Origin: Candidatus Bathyarchaeota archaeon | Lineage (GTDB): Archaea; Thermoproteota; Bathyarchaeia; Bathyarchaeales; Bathycorpusculaceae | Direction: 5' to 3' | DNA: 64,000 bases | NCBI GenBank assembly: GCA_963811105.1 | Contig: CAWEPZ010000011.1 | Location: forward strand, 416,001 to 480,000 | Shown here: positions 9,995 to 18,894 of the stretch, one piece after another | Layout of the letters: each line of letters opens with the position of its first letter | How positions within the stretch are numbered: the first letter of the stretch is position 1 | Position numbers and translations under genes: made by a program | The notes under the pieces: generated by a model | Told to the model about the DNA's origin: nothing | The model's database searches: none | What the model saw: the letters and a program-made list of their open reading frames with translations, nothing else

Positions 9995-12685
9995 TTATGG
10001 ATGTCTTCTTAGGATTAGCATGGTTGCTATGGCTATTGCAATGACTATTGCGACCCCTACGGCTACTATGTAGGTCATTAGGTCAGTAGTCGTTGCTATA
10101 TTTAATGGTGAGGCGGTTGGTGTTACTGTTGCTATTGGAGCGTTGACCACAGTTGTATATGTATCCGCAGATGAGCTTCCATACGCGTTGCTACCTGCGA
10201 AAGTTGCAATAATCTGGTAGTCCCCTGAGATAGTTGGTGTCCAAGTGAAATGGAATGTTCCCCTTACATCAGTAGTTGCATCTCCGATATGTACAGGATT
10301 ACCGTTTGGATCCACCGCATCCATTGAAACTGGCACTCCAGTAATTGTTATGTTATGATATATTCCATCGATTGGCATTTGCAGATTTAGGTGGTCCATC
10401 CATGTTGCCATTGAAGTATCAGAGATGCATGGTGTTCCTGCTTGCTGTGGTGACTCGTCCAACACCGTTCCAGAGATGACTACTCTTTCTCCAGCGATTA
10501 TTTGTGTTTGTGGTGCGGAAACTGTAGTTGTGCTTGGACCTTTGCCTACAACGTATAGCTTGCCGTCGTAGTTGCTGCCTGCTACAAAATAGTCGTCAGA
10601 TGCAGCCGCTACTGTCATGCGTGTACCGCTTATTTTCCATTGTAATACCCCGGTGGTAGCGTTTATGCAGTTTAGTCCCCAGCCTCTTGTCGGCGGAAGT
10701 GATGGAGTGTGCTCATTATTTGATACGTATAGCAGGCCGCCTATGACTTTGATTTCATTGGTTGAATACTCATTTGCGTATGTTCCGTTTTCGAGAGATG
10801 TATATGGAGTTTCAAATGGTAGAGCTGCGTCGACGTAGTGCCACATTATTGCGCCGTTGGTTTCATTAAGGGCCCAAACGCCAGTGTATCCAATCATGAA
10901 TAGGATGCCGTTGTATCCAGCCGTTGTGTACTGGGTAAATTCGCCCCAAGGATAGTCATTTATTGGAGTAGTCCAAAGCAGTGTTCCTGTACGTAGATCA
11001 TATGCTTTCCAGAATCCATGCTCAAAAAAACAGAAGTACTTTCCATTCTCCGATAGTGCAGTAGCCATGTTAAATGGTGTGGTGCCGTTTTCATCGCCAG
11101 GACTTGTTGTGTAGTTCCATAACATTTTTCCTGTTGTGTAGTCTATAGCATAGAGGTTTCCGCCGTAGAGGCCGCCGTAATAGAATCTGCTTGCAATTAT
11201 GCCAATGCCTGTTACGGGATCATAAGAGCCTAGGAGTGATTGTGCAGCGGCTGCCGTTGGAGGTATCCTGTAACTTGGCGGTATTGAAACACTGACGTTG
11301 CTAACTATTCGTGAAGAGAAGGATGTTGATGTTCCTTGTTCTGTCCAGTTGATTAAGAATCCGTTTGTATAAATGTTGTAGCTACTACCTTGGAATGTAA
11401 TCGTAGTGTAGTTAACGAATTGGAAGCTTAAGTAATAGCCATTGTAGAAAGCGCATTCAGCATTACCTGCCGATCCCAAACTTGGAATCGACATGTTTAA
11501 TGTTATGGCTCCGGTGTTTGGATTAACCTTGTATAGTCTGGCTGCAGTGGCGCCACCGCTTATTGCAAAGAGGTCAATACCATAGGCTGCATCTGCTGCT
11601 GCTCCGGGAACTGCTGTGTCTACGCCTGCCCAGTATGCGATGTGGTTTGGTGTAATTCCGCCATCGCCGGTTGGAATGTCATAGTATATTTTTCCTGTCT
11701 GCAAGTCATAGCATTCTGCCACTGATTGGGGAGTTTGACGGTATGTTCCGTTGACTAGTTGCGGCATTATTTTTGTAACAGTTGTATAGCATCTGCCCAT
11801 GTAGATAACGCTTGGAGTGTTGGCTGTGCCTGCACTGCTTGGGCCGACAACGTTGGCTTGATTTCCTACCTCGCCTCCAATGAGGCCTGACATTTGGCTC
11901 ACTTGACTCCACAGAATGTGCGGAGTGTTTACAGCTGGGATATAGGGACCATAGTAATTACTTGAGGTAGCTGATTGAGCACCGCCACTGTAACTCATCC
12001 ATGGAAAGTTTCCTGAGATTGTGCTCCATTCTCTGTTGTTTGGTTCTATTGGTCGACTCCAGTAATCTGTTGGCAGAGCTGAAGACCATGACATTACTTG
12101 GGCTTGTTGAACTGTAACATTCGTAATGGGTGTGATAACGGGAACAACATAGTCTGAGGGGTAAAAAAGCCATCCAGAGACTGGCGTTGCAGAGTAGTTT
12201 CCATTATTGTAGTATCCTGCCGGGAAGTATTCGCCGGGGAATGAGAATTGGAACTGGTATACACCAACTGTGTCGGGAACGTAGTTGAACCAGCTTGTGC
12301 CGTCTGCTACGTAGGATTGAAGGGTAACAGTTTGAGTTGAGAGGTCTGGTTTCGTTATTGTGACAACGTACCCATTCATGAATTTGCCTTCACCTGAGGG
12401 AGTTGTTATCCAAACGTTAACCAAAAGCAGTTGACCGACTCCGATGGGATTGGGTGAAGCACTAAGGAACGGTTGTGGATGAATTGTCCAATCAACCGTT
12501 GCGCCAGATGGTGGTGAAGTAGGTCCTACATAGCCATTTTGTGTTGGAGCTTGACCGTGCGCTAGTTCTTGCCCTTGCACTGGTACGAATGAGAAGAGTA
12601 TAGAAGCCAGTAATAGAGAAGTGAGGATCGCAAAAGATGTTTTTGATGTGTTCAATGAATTTACTAAATTTCTCAAAATATTCAT
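9995..12685 (-). CDS. Large secreted PQQ-like beta-propeller surface protein with Ig-like domains and C-terminal TM anchor
   Basis: Signal peptide; propeller repeats AIDYTTGKMLW, AYDLRTGTLLW, ALNETNGAIMW, CINATTGVLQW; TM plus RRHP tail. Confidence 0.85.
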   Translation of the reverse strand: MNILRNLVNSLNTSKTSFAILTSLLLASILFSFVPVQGQELAHGQAPTQNGYVGPTSPPSGATVDWTIHPQPFLSASPNPIGVGQLLLVNVWITTPSGEGKFMNGYVVTITKPDLSTQTVTLQSYVADGTSWFNYVPDTVGVYQFQFSFPGEYFPAGYYNNGNYSATPVSGWLFYPSDYVVPVITPITNVTVQQAQVMSWSSALPTDYWSRPIEPNNREWSTISGNFPWMSYSGGAQSATSSNYYGPYIPAVNTPHILWSQVSQMSGLIGGEVGNQANVVGPSSAGTANTPSVIYMGRCYTTVTKIMPQLVNGTYRQTPQSVAECYDLQTGKIYYDIPTGDGGITPNHIAYWAGVDTAVPGAAADAAYGIDLFAISGGATAARLYKVNPNTGAITLNMSIPSLGSAGNAECAFYNGYYLSFQFVNYTTITFQGSSYNIYTNGFLINWTEQGTSTSFSSRIVSNVSVSIPPSYRIPPTAAAAQSLLGSYDPVTGIGIIASRFYYGGLYGGNLYAIDYTTGKMLWNYTTSPGDENGTTPFNMATALSENGKYFCFFEHGFWKAYDLRTGTLLWTTPINDYPWGEFTQYTTAGYNGILFMIGYTGVWALNETNGAIMWHYVDAALPFETPYTSLENGTYANEYSTNEIKVIGGLLYVSNNEHTPSLPPTRGWGLNCINATTGVLQWKISGTRMTVAAASDDYFVAGSNYDGKLYVVGKGPSTTTVSAPQTQIIAGERVVISGTVLDESPQQAGTPCISDTSMATWMDHLNLQMPIDGIYHNITITGVPVSMDAVDPNGNPVHIGDATTDVRGTFHFTWTPTISGDYQIIATFAGSNAYGSSSADTYTTVVNAPIATVTPTASPLNIATTTDLMTYIVAVGVAIVIAIAIATMLILRRHP

Positions 12686-12857
12686 TTTCTCCTTTTATTT
12701 TGTTGATAAGCAGAAGAAAAAATCGCTTTCTCAACTAGTATATTGTCTGGTAAAGCTACTTATAAATTTTAGGAAAAATCGGTTGCTAACACCTTTAGGT
12801 GAGACGATGCAATTTGACTATCTTTATATGATCTCTGCTACATAACGATATCCAGAA

Positions 12858-13415
12858 ATGCTCACCAACAAGAAACATAAGCTCTCATGCAAAATCTGGA
12901 TTCAATACAAGGACAAACCATTAATAGGCAAAGGCGGGGCAGAAATTCTTGAAGCCATAGAAAAAGAGAATTCAATTTCCAAGGCTGCAGAGACCTTGGG
13001 AATGTCTTATCGTTATGTTTGGAATTATTTGCAAGATATTCAAAAAAACCTCGATGAGCGGATAGTTGAAACTTACAAAGGTGGAAAAGCCGGAGGCGGA
13101 GGCGCAAAGCTGACAGATTTAGGAAGAGGTTTGCTTGGTGAGTATAAGCAAGTTGAGATTTACTTGGCGAAGGTCTTATCCAATTCAGGAAATTTGGAGG
13201 TGAAAGGTATGAAGTTAAGTGCAAGGAATCGCTTTAAGGGAAAAGTAGTTGCTGTTGAAAAAGGCGTTATTACCGCAAAAGTAAAGGTTGAGGTAAAAAT
13301 GCCTATTACTGTTACGGCAGTCATAACGAAAGACGCAGTTGAAGACTTAGACTTAAAAGTAGGAGACGAAGTCGAAGCAATTGTTAAATCAACAGGAGTA
13401 ATGATTGCCAAATAA
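12858..13415 (+). CDS. modE: ModE-family molybdate/tungstate-responsive regulator (wHTH + TOBE/Mop)
   Basis: SISKAAETLGMSYRYVW, GGKAGGGAKLT, KLSARNRFKGKV..TAVITKDAVEDLDLKVGD. Confidence 0.92.
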   Translation: MLTNKKHKLSCKIWIQYKDKPLIGKGGAEILEAIEKENSISKAAETLGMSYRYVWNYLQDIQKNLDERIVETYKGGKAGGGGAKLTDLGRGLLGEYKQVEIYLAKVLSNSGNLEVKGMKLSARNRFKGKVVAVEKGVITAKVKVEVKMPITVTAVITKDAVEDLDLKVGDEVEAIVKSTGVMIAK

Positions 13416-13470
13416 TTTTTCGTCCACAATCTTTGAGCAATTGCTTGTTTTAAAGAGTTCAACATATCCT

Positions 13471-13489
13471 GAGGGGCACCCTCTTTTTT
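13471..13489 (+). terminator. Possible hairpin plus T-tract terminator after modE
   Basis: GAGGG-GCA-CCCTC-TTTTTT. Confidence 0.4.
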
Positions 13490-13616
13490 CATAGTAAAAA
13501 TTTAAACAAAGAGAAGATATCCACTCAATCTACGTCAATATAACCTCACCGTAACTTAAATTGAACCTATCCACTATAAACCAAAACTGTTGTTAAGAAT
13601 TAAGAATTAGAATTGT

Positions 13617-14168
13617 TTACTCTACGACGTACCTATAAGTAATATGTTCGCCTGCAGTTGAACTCTTTCGAGTAATTTTTAAGATGTCACCTGGTTTTGC
13701 GCCTATAACTTTCACCGCTGGATCGCCTGATTTTATCTGTGGCATCTGGTATGGCTTAACTCTGTATTGTGCAAGAAGTTGGTTCTTTTCTTTTTCGCTT
13801 AATATTTCATGAAGGGGCACCAGTGCATGCTCGAATATGTCAAAGACTGGAAAAGATTTGGGAAGCAGCTCGACTTGTTTCTTTTTTGCACCAAGTTTTA
13901 CCGCGTGCGTGTAGCGTCCTTCCGTTACTACTATGGCGCGGTCAATTTCTTTCTCTTTCATTATCTTGTAGAGCGTGTTCATAGCGGCTATGCCGACGGT
14001 TGCTTCACCTAAAATGCACCAGATTATAGCTTTCTCTTTGTCCTGTGGAATGTCAATAATATAGGCTATCGCACCTTCAAACGATTCTTTCTCAAGAAGT
14101 TTGTATCGTCTTAATTTAATTAGGACTTCAGCTTTCCGTTCTTCGATTGTTTCTATTTTAGTACTCAA
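13617..14168 (-). CDS. rpo5: RNA polymerase subunit Rpo5/RpoH with an extra N-terminal Rpb5-jaw-like domain (183 aa)
   Basis: C-terminal FDIFEHALVPLHEIL..MPQIKSGDPAVKVIGAKPGDILKITRKSSTAGEHITYRYVV is the Rpo5/Rpb5 assembly domain; about 105 extra N-terminal residues. Confidence 0.92.
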   Translation of the reverse strand: MSTKIETIEERKAEVLIKLRRYKLLEKESFEGAIAYIIDIPQDKEKAIIWCILGEATVGIAAMNTLYKIMKEKEIDRAIVVTEGRYTHAVKLGAKKKQVELLPKSFPVFDIFEHALVPLHEILSEKEKNQLLAQYRVKPYQMPQIKSGDPAVKVIGAKPGDILKITRKSSTAGEHITYRYVVE

Positions 14169-14326
14169 TTATAAACCCTCAATAATTGGGAATTACGCGA
14201 AAGTCATAACGAACTATTGCCCTTAAACTTTTCCCTATAAAAATAGCGATGCTAAAAAAATCTAGCCGAGCGGCAAATTTGAGAGCTCATAAAATAACAA
14301 TAAATACCTTGATAAACTCTGGGCAC

Positions 14327-14905
14327 CTAGGCTTTTACCAATTTAAATCCTATTTTTGTACCCATTCCATAAGCAAAAGCTAAGTTAATTATCATTATTG
14401 CCATAGCTTCAAGATGCCGTGCAGCTTTCAGAGGACCACAATCAATCGGGTCAAAACCTATGTCTTGTGTTAATTGGGCTACTGTTTGTTTAGCTTTCAA
14501 ATCGTCGCCAGCAATGAAAGCCGTTAATTGTTCTTTTCCAATTTTGCCCTTGTTTTGGTTAGCTGCGAACACTGTGTTGAACGCTTTTACTACTTTTGCT
14601 TTTGGCAGTTTTTTCTGAGTTTCTTCAGCTGAGGAAGTGGTGCAGCTTATTGCTAACTCTGATTTTGCTCCTACTGCGTTCATAACATCGATTACTATTT
14701 TCTCATCCGCATATGCTCTTATTTCTTCTATAGCATTGTTTGCATTTTCGTATGGCACTGCAAGAATTATTATGTCTCCCCATTTTGCCGCATTAGCAAC
14801 TGATTCTGCAGGGTCTCGGTGACCAAAACGTGTTTCGTGCTTAGCGCTTAAGCCACTGCATAATGCATTGCCAACATGGCCTTTTCCTATAATTGCGATT
14901 TTCAC
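14327..14905 (-). CDS. NADP oxidoreductase, F420-dependent (FNO)-like family
   Basis: IIGKGHVG, IILAVPY, VVKAFNT, AGDD..K, GFDPIDCGPL. Confidence 0.82.
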   Translation of the reverse strand: MKIAIIGKGHVGNALCSGLSAKHETRFGHRDPAESVANAAKWGDIIILAVPYENANNAIEEIRAYADEKIVIDVMNAVGAKSELAISCTTSSAEETQKKLPKAKVVKAFNTVFAANQNKGKIGKEQLTAFIAGDDLKAKQTVAQLTQDIGFDPIDCGPLKAARHLEAMAIMIINLAFAYGMGTKIGFKLVKA

Positions 14906-15052
14906 TCTTTCAACCTCAGTTAAAAAGCACTTGATTTGGGTTCATTAGGAGTTGTGACTGCCATAAGCCTACAACAAAGTCTTCCATGAGCAAAATAGGG
15001 GTCAATTTCGCGGTTTTAAGTTCTCTAGATTCTTTAAACAGTTAAACAAAAT

Positions 15053-15334
15053 AAAACAACCCATTTTAGCGACAGAGATTTCTCGCCGGCAATCCAAAAA
15101 ACCCTAGAGCTGCCAGGCTTCATAAAGAACATGGAAGACAAAACTGTTCTTGTAGAGTTCGTCAGAAACGCCGTACTCAGCGTAGCAGACACATCATAGC
15201 CACATTCAAGAATGGTCATATTAAACAATTCATAGTGGTCGTGGATGCGAAGGCGCAAAACCAAGAAGAAGCTATTAAGCTGAATTCGTTGAGAAAGCAC
15301 CCAGAACACAATAATTCCACCGTTAGCCTGCGGC
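15053..15334 (+). pseudogene. hcp: Internal fragment of hybrid cluster protein (hydroxylamine reductase), frameshifted
   Basis: Pieces in shifting frames: HFSDRDFSPAIQKTLELPGF..KTVLVEFVRNAVLSVAD / KNGHIKQF / GCEGAKPRRSY*AEFVEKAP / TIIPPLACG follow the Hcp GF(A)RNAVL..GGCDGAKPGRNYY..ILTLACG region. Confidence 0.8.
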
Positions 15335-15590
15335 TTATCGGATAATCATTCCCACTTGGACTAACGAGTTCTGTTCTCTAACAAAAAGCACAGCTGTCTT
15401 ATCCTTCGTAGGCCTTATGGACTTAGTCGGTGCAGGCCGTTCAATTATATTTCAAACCATGGAGATTCGGCCCGTTTGGATTATTATCGCACTAATCTAC
15501 CTTGTGTGGACTACCGGATTCTCTAAAATGATGGATATAATCTACGAGAAGAAGAAGATACCAGGCGCGGAACTCGGGATGCAGTCATAA
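15327..15590 (+). pseudogene. 3' fragment of a polar amino-acid ABC transporter permease (HisM/GlnP family)
   Basis: PAAYRIIIPTWTNEFCSLTKSTAVLSFVGLMDL..WIIIALIYLVWTTGFSK..IPG; 5' half missing. Confidence 0.78.
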
Positions 15591-15595
15591 AGCTG

Positions 15596-16171
15596 TTAGG
15601 TTTTGGTTTTCTTTAGAAGCCATGCCATGTTTTTTCCAAGGGTTTCCATTGTTTCCATGCCTTCTGTGTCGTTTTTTACGTCGCCTTTTTTGTTTCCGAT
15701 GGCGATGTTCCAGTAGCTGCTGCCTGGAATTATCATCTGGTTGATGAGGAAGAAGTGGTTCATGGCGTCGAAAGTGGTCATGGCGCCTGCTCGGCGGGCC
15801 ACGACAACTGCAGCTCCAACCTTATACTTCAATGCTTCAGGGGTGGCTCTGCAAACGAAGCCTGCTCGATCAATAAGCGCTTTTATTTCAGGCGACATCA
15901 TGCCAAAATAGGTGGGTGAGCCAAGGATTACGCCGTCTGCCTCAACCATCTTTTGAATGTACTTATTCACTTTGTCATCTCTAATGGTGCATTGCTGATT
16001 CTTGGTTTCAAAACATACCCTGCAAGCGGTGCAGCCGCGGATTTGCTCTCCTGCTAGCTGAACCAGCTCTGTCTTAATGTCTTCTTCTTCGAGGGTTTTG
16101 AGCACACGTTTTAGAAGTATGGCGGTGTTTCCGTCTTTTCGTGCACTTCCGTTAAAAGCTACAACTTTCAT
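15596..16171 (-). CDS. Iron-sulfur flavoprotein (Isf)/flavodoxin-family protein
   Basis: FNGSARKDGNT, CTACRVC-x6-C, GSPTYFG, ARRAGA. Confidence 0.88.
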   Translation of the reverse strand: MKVVAFNGSARKDGNTAILLKRVLKTLEEEDIKTELVQLAGEQIRGCTACRVCFETKNQQCTIRDDKVNKYIQKMVEADGVILGSPTYFGMMSPEIKALIDRAGFVCRATPEALKYKVGAAVVVARRAGAMTTFDAMNHFFLINQMIIPGSSYWNIAIGNKKGDVKNDTEGMETMETLGKNMAWLLKKTKT

Positions 16172-16172
16172 T

Positions 16173-17168
16173 TCAAATTACCTTTAATAAATAAATCTGT
16201 TTTGAATTTAAGAGACTAACGGAAGGTGAAAGCTGACTTTTCTTTTTCACTTTTAAAATAAAAACAAGTGCTGCCACTACAATAATGGGTGCTGCAACAA
16301 CTAGCACAATTAGCCATGTTGGCACTGGCGTTGTAGGGGGTGAGGCGGGACTATGCATTAAGGGGTATTGGTCTTGGTTTAGAACGTCTATTATGTATGG
16401 GGTGTCGCCGATTCCATCATGGTTTGGGTCGGTTCCGTTATAGTTGCTCCAGTAATTGCCGATTTTGCCGTTATCCCAAGAATGCCGTGCTTCACTGAAA
16501 TTGTATACTTTGCACACACAACCGGTAAGTTGTACTTCATTTTCGATAAAGCTGTTTTGGCTAATTGTTATGTCTGAAGGTATGTTTCCTGCGTTGTGGT
16601 CGATTTGTTCAAAACCAAAGAAGAGCCCTTGTCTATTTTCTGCAATATAGTTTTTTGTTACGTTATTAGCTGAGCCCGACAGCAGCACACCTACGATATT
16701 GTTTGAGAAACTGTTGTCTATAATGGTGTTGTGTGCTGTGCGGATGTAAATTCCTATGCTGAAATTGCTGATATTTAGGTTCTTGACTGTTACTCCGCTT
16801 ACTGTTTTGTCAAAATCTAAACCAATAACGTACTGAACAGTTATAGTCGCATTAGGACCTAAACCCAGTATTATCTGAGATTCTATATCCATAGCGGTAA
16901 GTGGACCCATCAGCTTGAAGCCATCACCGTTAAGAGTTACGTTGCTTTTCTGAACAAGAATCGGATCAAACACATTGTCTGTAAACGTGTAGACATCTCC
17001 ATCGCGCAGAATGGGAACATTTGCTGGACTCACGGTTCCATTTGGTAGAATAAAAATTGTCGTTAAAGTTACTTGTGAGACAGCAGGCTCTAAAAACATT
17101 AGGCACGATAAACTCGTCAATAGAAAAACGGTTAAACAAATCTTATGCCCAAACAATTTTCTTGCCAT
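16173..17168 (-). CDS. Secreted NosD-like beta-helix protein with C-terminal TM anchor
   Basis: Signal peptide, NN repeats, GNYWSNYNGTDPNHDGIGDTPY..DQYPLM. Confidence 0.82.
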   Translation of the reverse strand: MARKLFGHKICLTVFLLTSLSCLMFLEPAVSQVTLTTIFILPNGTVSPANVPILRDGDVYTFTDNVFDPILVQKSNVTLNGDGFKLMGPLTAMDIESQIILGLGPNATITVQYVIGLDFDKTVSGVTVKNLNISNFSIGIYIRTAHNTIIDNSFSNNIVGVLLSGSANNVTKNYIAENRQGLFFGFEQIDHNAGNIPSDITISQNSFIENEVQLTGCVCKVYNFSEARHSWDNGKIGNYWSNYNGTDPNHDGIGDTPYIIDVLNQDQYPLMHSPASPPTTPVPTWLIVLVVAAPIIVVAALVFILKVKKKSQLSPSVSLLNSKQIYLLKVI

Positions 17169-17169
17169 T

Positions 17170-18792
17170 CTAATCTAACTCTTTCGTCGTATTTGAATTG
17201 TTAAGCCAATTTCTCGATTTGAAAATTGATTTTCCAGCAAACTTGAACTGCAGACAATCCTCATATGGGCACATCTCAACACATCTCAAACACCAAATAC
17301 ATTGTGAACTGGCTACGTCGCCGCTTTTCTGTTCATAGACCTCTTTAACTTGCGTTGGACAAACTCTTTTACAAATTCCGCATTTTTTGCATTTCTCTTC
17401 CGTCTTGTTCAAATGCACGCCGGAGATCCACTTGAACGGTGGAAATCTGTTAAAAACCGCCATCAAAGCGCCTAAGGGGCATATTTTGCACCATGAACGT
17501 CGGAAGAAAAATGCCGCTGCCGTAACTACTGCGAGAACAATTAAGTTGATTGACGTTAAATAGAAACCCAGCTGGAAGAATTGTCCACTTGTGGTTTGAG
17601 TTACCCAGCCTGGTTGCATTATCCCTAGACCAACATAAGTCAAAATGCAAAATGGCTTCATAGGGCAGACTTGACAAAATGGAGATGAAAAATAATTCCA
17701 GACAAACCCGCCTTTTTGAGTTCCAGGCACTATTTGGGTACCAGCAATGGCTTGCGATGCAAAAACGACGCTTAGAATTACAATAAGTGCTAAGATAATG
17801 TAGCCTAGCTGGTGAAAACGATCGTTGAACTTATCCGAAACATTTCTGCGCTTTATTCTCAACGCTCTCCGTAACCTAGTCATCAAATCTACGTACAAAC
17901 CGAATGGACATACCCAACCGCAAAAGACTCTGCCTAGGAGAACGGCTGCGAAAATGATTATTGCGAAAACAATTGCCAATCTAGCTATGCCTGAGGAATC
18001 ATAATGTACTCCCCAGCCGCCTCCAATGTTAAAAAACGGGTAAATATAGCTTTGAATTTGCCATAAAGCACAAGTTACAGTTCTTCCACAAGGATAAAAG
18101 CACGCAAAAAAGGGTGCTGGCAACCCATCAGGCATTGATACACCAAACACCTTTGTTCCAATTAAAATTTCGTGAGGGGCAACTTGTTCTGCGGGAACGG
18201 GCAAGTTCTGATGATCAATAAAGATACCAAAGAAAATTAGCAAAAGTAACCCTATTTGAACAAGCAATCTAAGAGAACTAATCTTTGCTGTCTTGTTTCT
18301 TCGTCCTATTATAAATGCAGCTGTGCCTAAGGCAAACAGAACTAGACCCGCGACAACGATTGTATAGTCAGTCTTGAAATTTAGTTTTACAGCTGGGGTT
18401 GGAGATGGCGCATCAGGATGCAACGGATCAGTTACTTGAGCGTATAATCTGTCGCAAATTGCTCCATTTATAGAGAATATGTTCCAGTAGCCTGCCATGC
18501 CGAGCGATTGAGTGACGACGAAATTACCAGTCTTGGGGTCAGTTAAAACATACTTTTCAATGAAGGTGTAGTCTGGTCTAGTAAATACTACTCTTACAGT
18601 CCTATTCTCCTCTGGAGGACATATTTGTCCTGTAACTGTGACATTTTCGTTAATGATAATTTGAGTTTTATCAATGTCTGAAGTAACGCATGGACCATAG
18701 CAGGAGTTGACTGGTTGGACATAATATACGTTAAAAAGGTAGACAGCGACTATTGCTGAAACTGCCAAGCAGAGAACAGTTCGCTGTTTAAT
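17170..18792 (-). CDS. Membrane 4Fe-4S protein (NapH/MauN/NosR C-terminal-like) with extracellular N-terminal domain
   Basis: FCGWVCPFG, FCQVCP, WCKICPLG, CKKCGICKRVCP, CIWCLRCVEMCP; start uncertain (ATT 18792 after GGTGAGG, or TTG 18768). Confidence 0.85.
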   Translation of the reverse strand: MKQRTVLCLAVSAIVAVYLFNVYYVQPVNSCYGPCVTSDIDKTQIIINENVTVTGQICPPEENRTVRVVFTRPDYTFIEKYVLTDPKTGNFVVTQSLGMAGYWNIFSINGAICDRLYAQVTDPLHPDAPSPTPAVKLNFKTDYTIVVAGLVLFALGTAAFIIGRRNKTAKISSLRLLVQIGLLLLIFFGIFIDHQNLPVPAEQVAPHEILIGTKVFGVSMPDGLPAPFFACFYPCGRTVTCALWQIQSYIYPFFNIGGGWGVHYDSSGIARLAIVFAIIIFAAVLLGRVFCGWVCPFGLYVDLMTRLRRALRIKRRNVSDKFNDRFHQLGYIILALIVILSVVFASQAIAGTQIVPGTQKGGFVWNYFSSPFCQVCPMKPFCILTYVGLGIMQPGWVTQTTSGQFFQLGFYLTSINLIVLAVVTAAAFFFRRSWCKICPLGALMAVFNRFPPFKWISGVHLNKTEEKCKKCGICKRVCPTQVKEVYEQKSGDVASSQCIWCLRCVEMCPYEDCLQFKFAGKSIFKSRNWLNNSNTTKELD

Positions 18793-18894
18793 GCAACCTC
18801 ACCCTGATCTGTCCATAGTGTGGTTTTATCTCATATACTTTTGCAAATTGTCGTTCGGAAGCTTGGTTTGCATTTTTATGCTACAGAAATAGCA

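Noticed and set aside
15034-15309. 91-aa minus-strand ORF
   Set aside because: Antisense shadow of the hcp remnant
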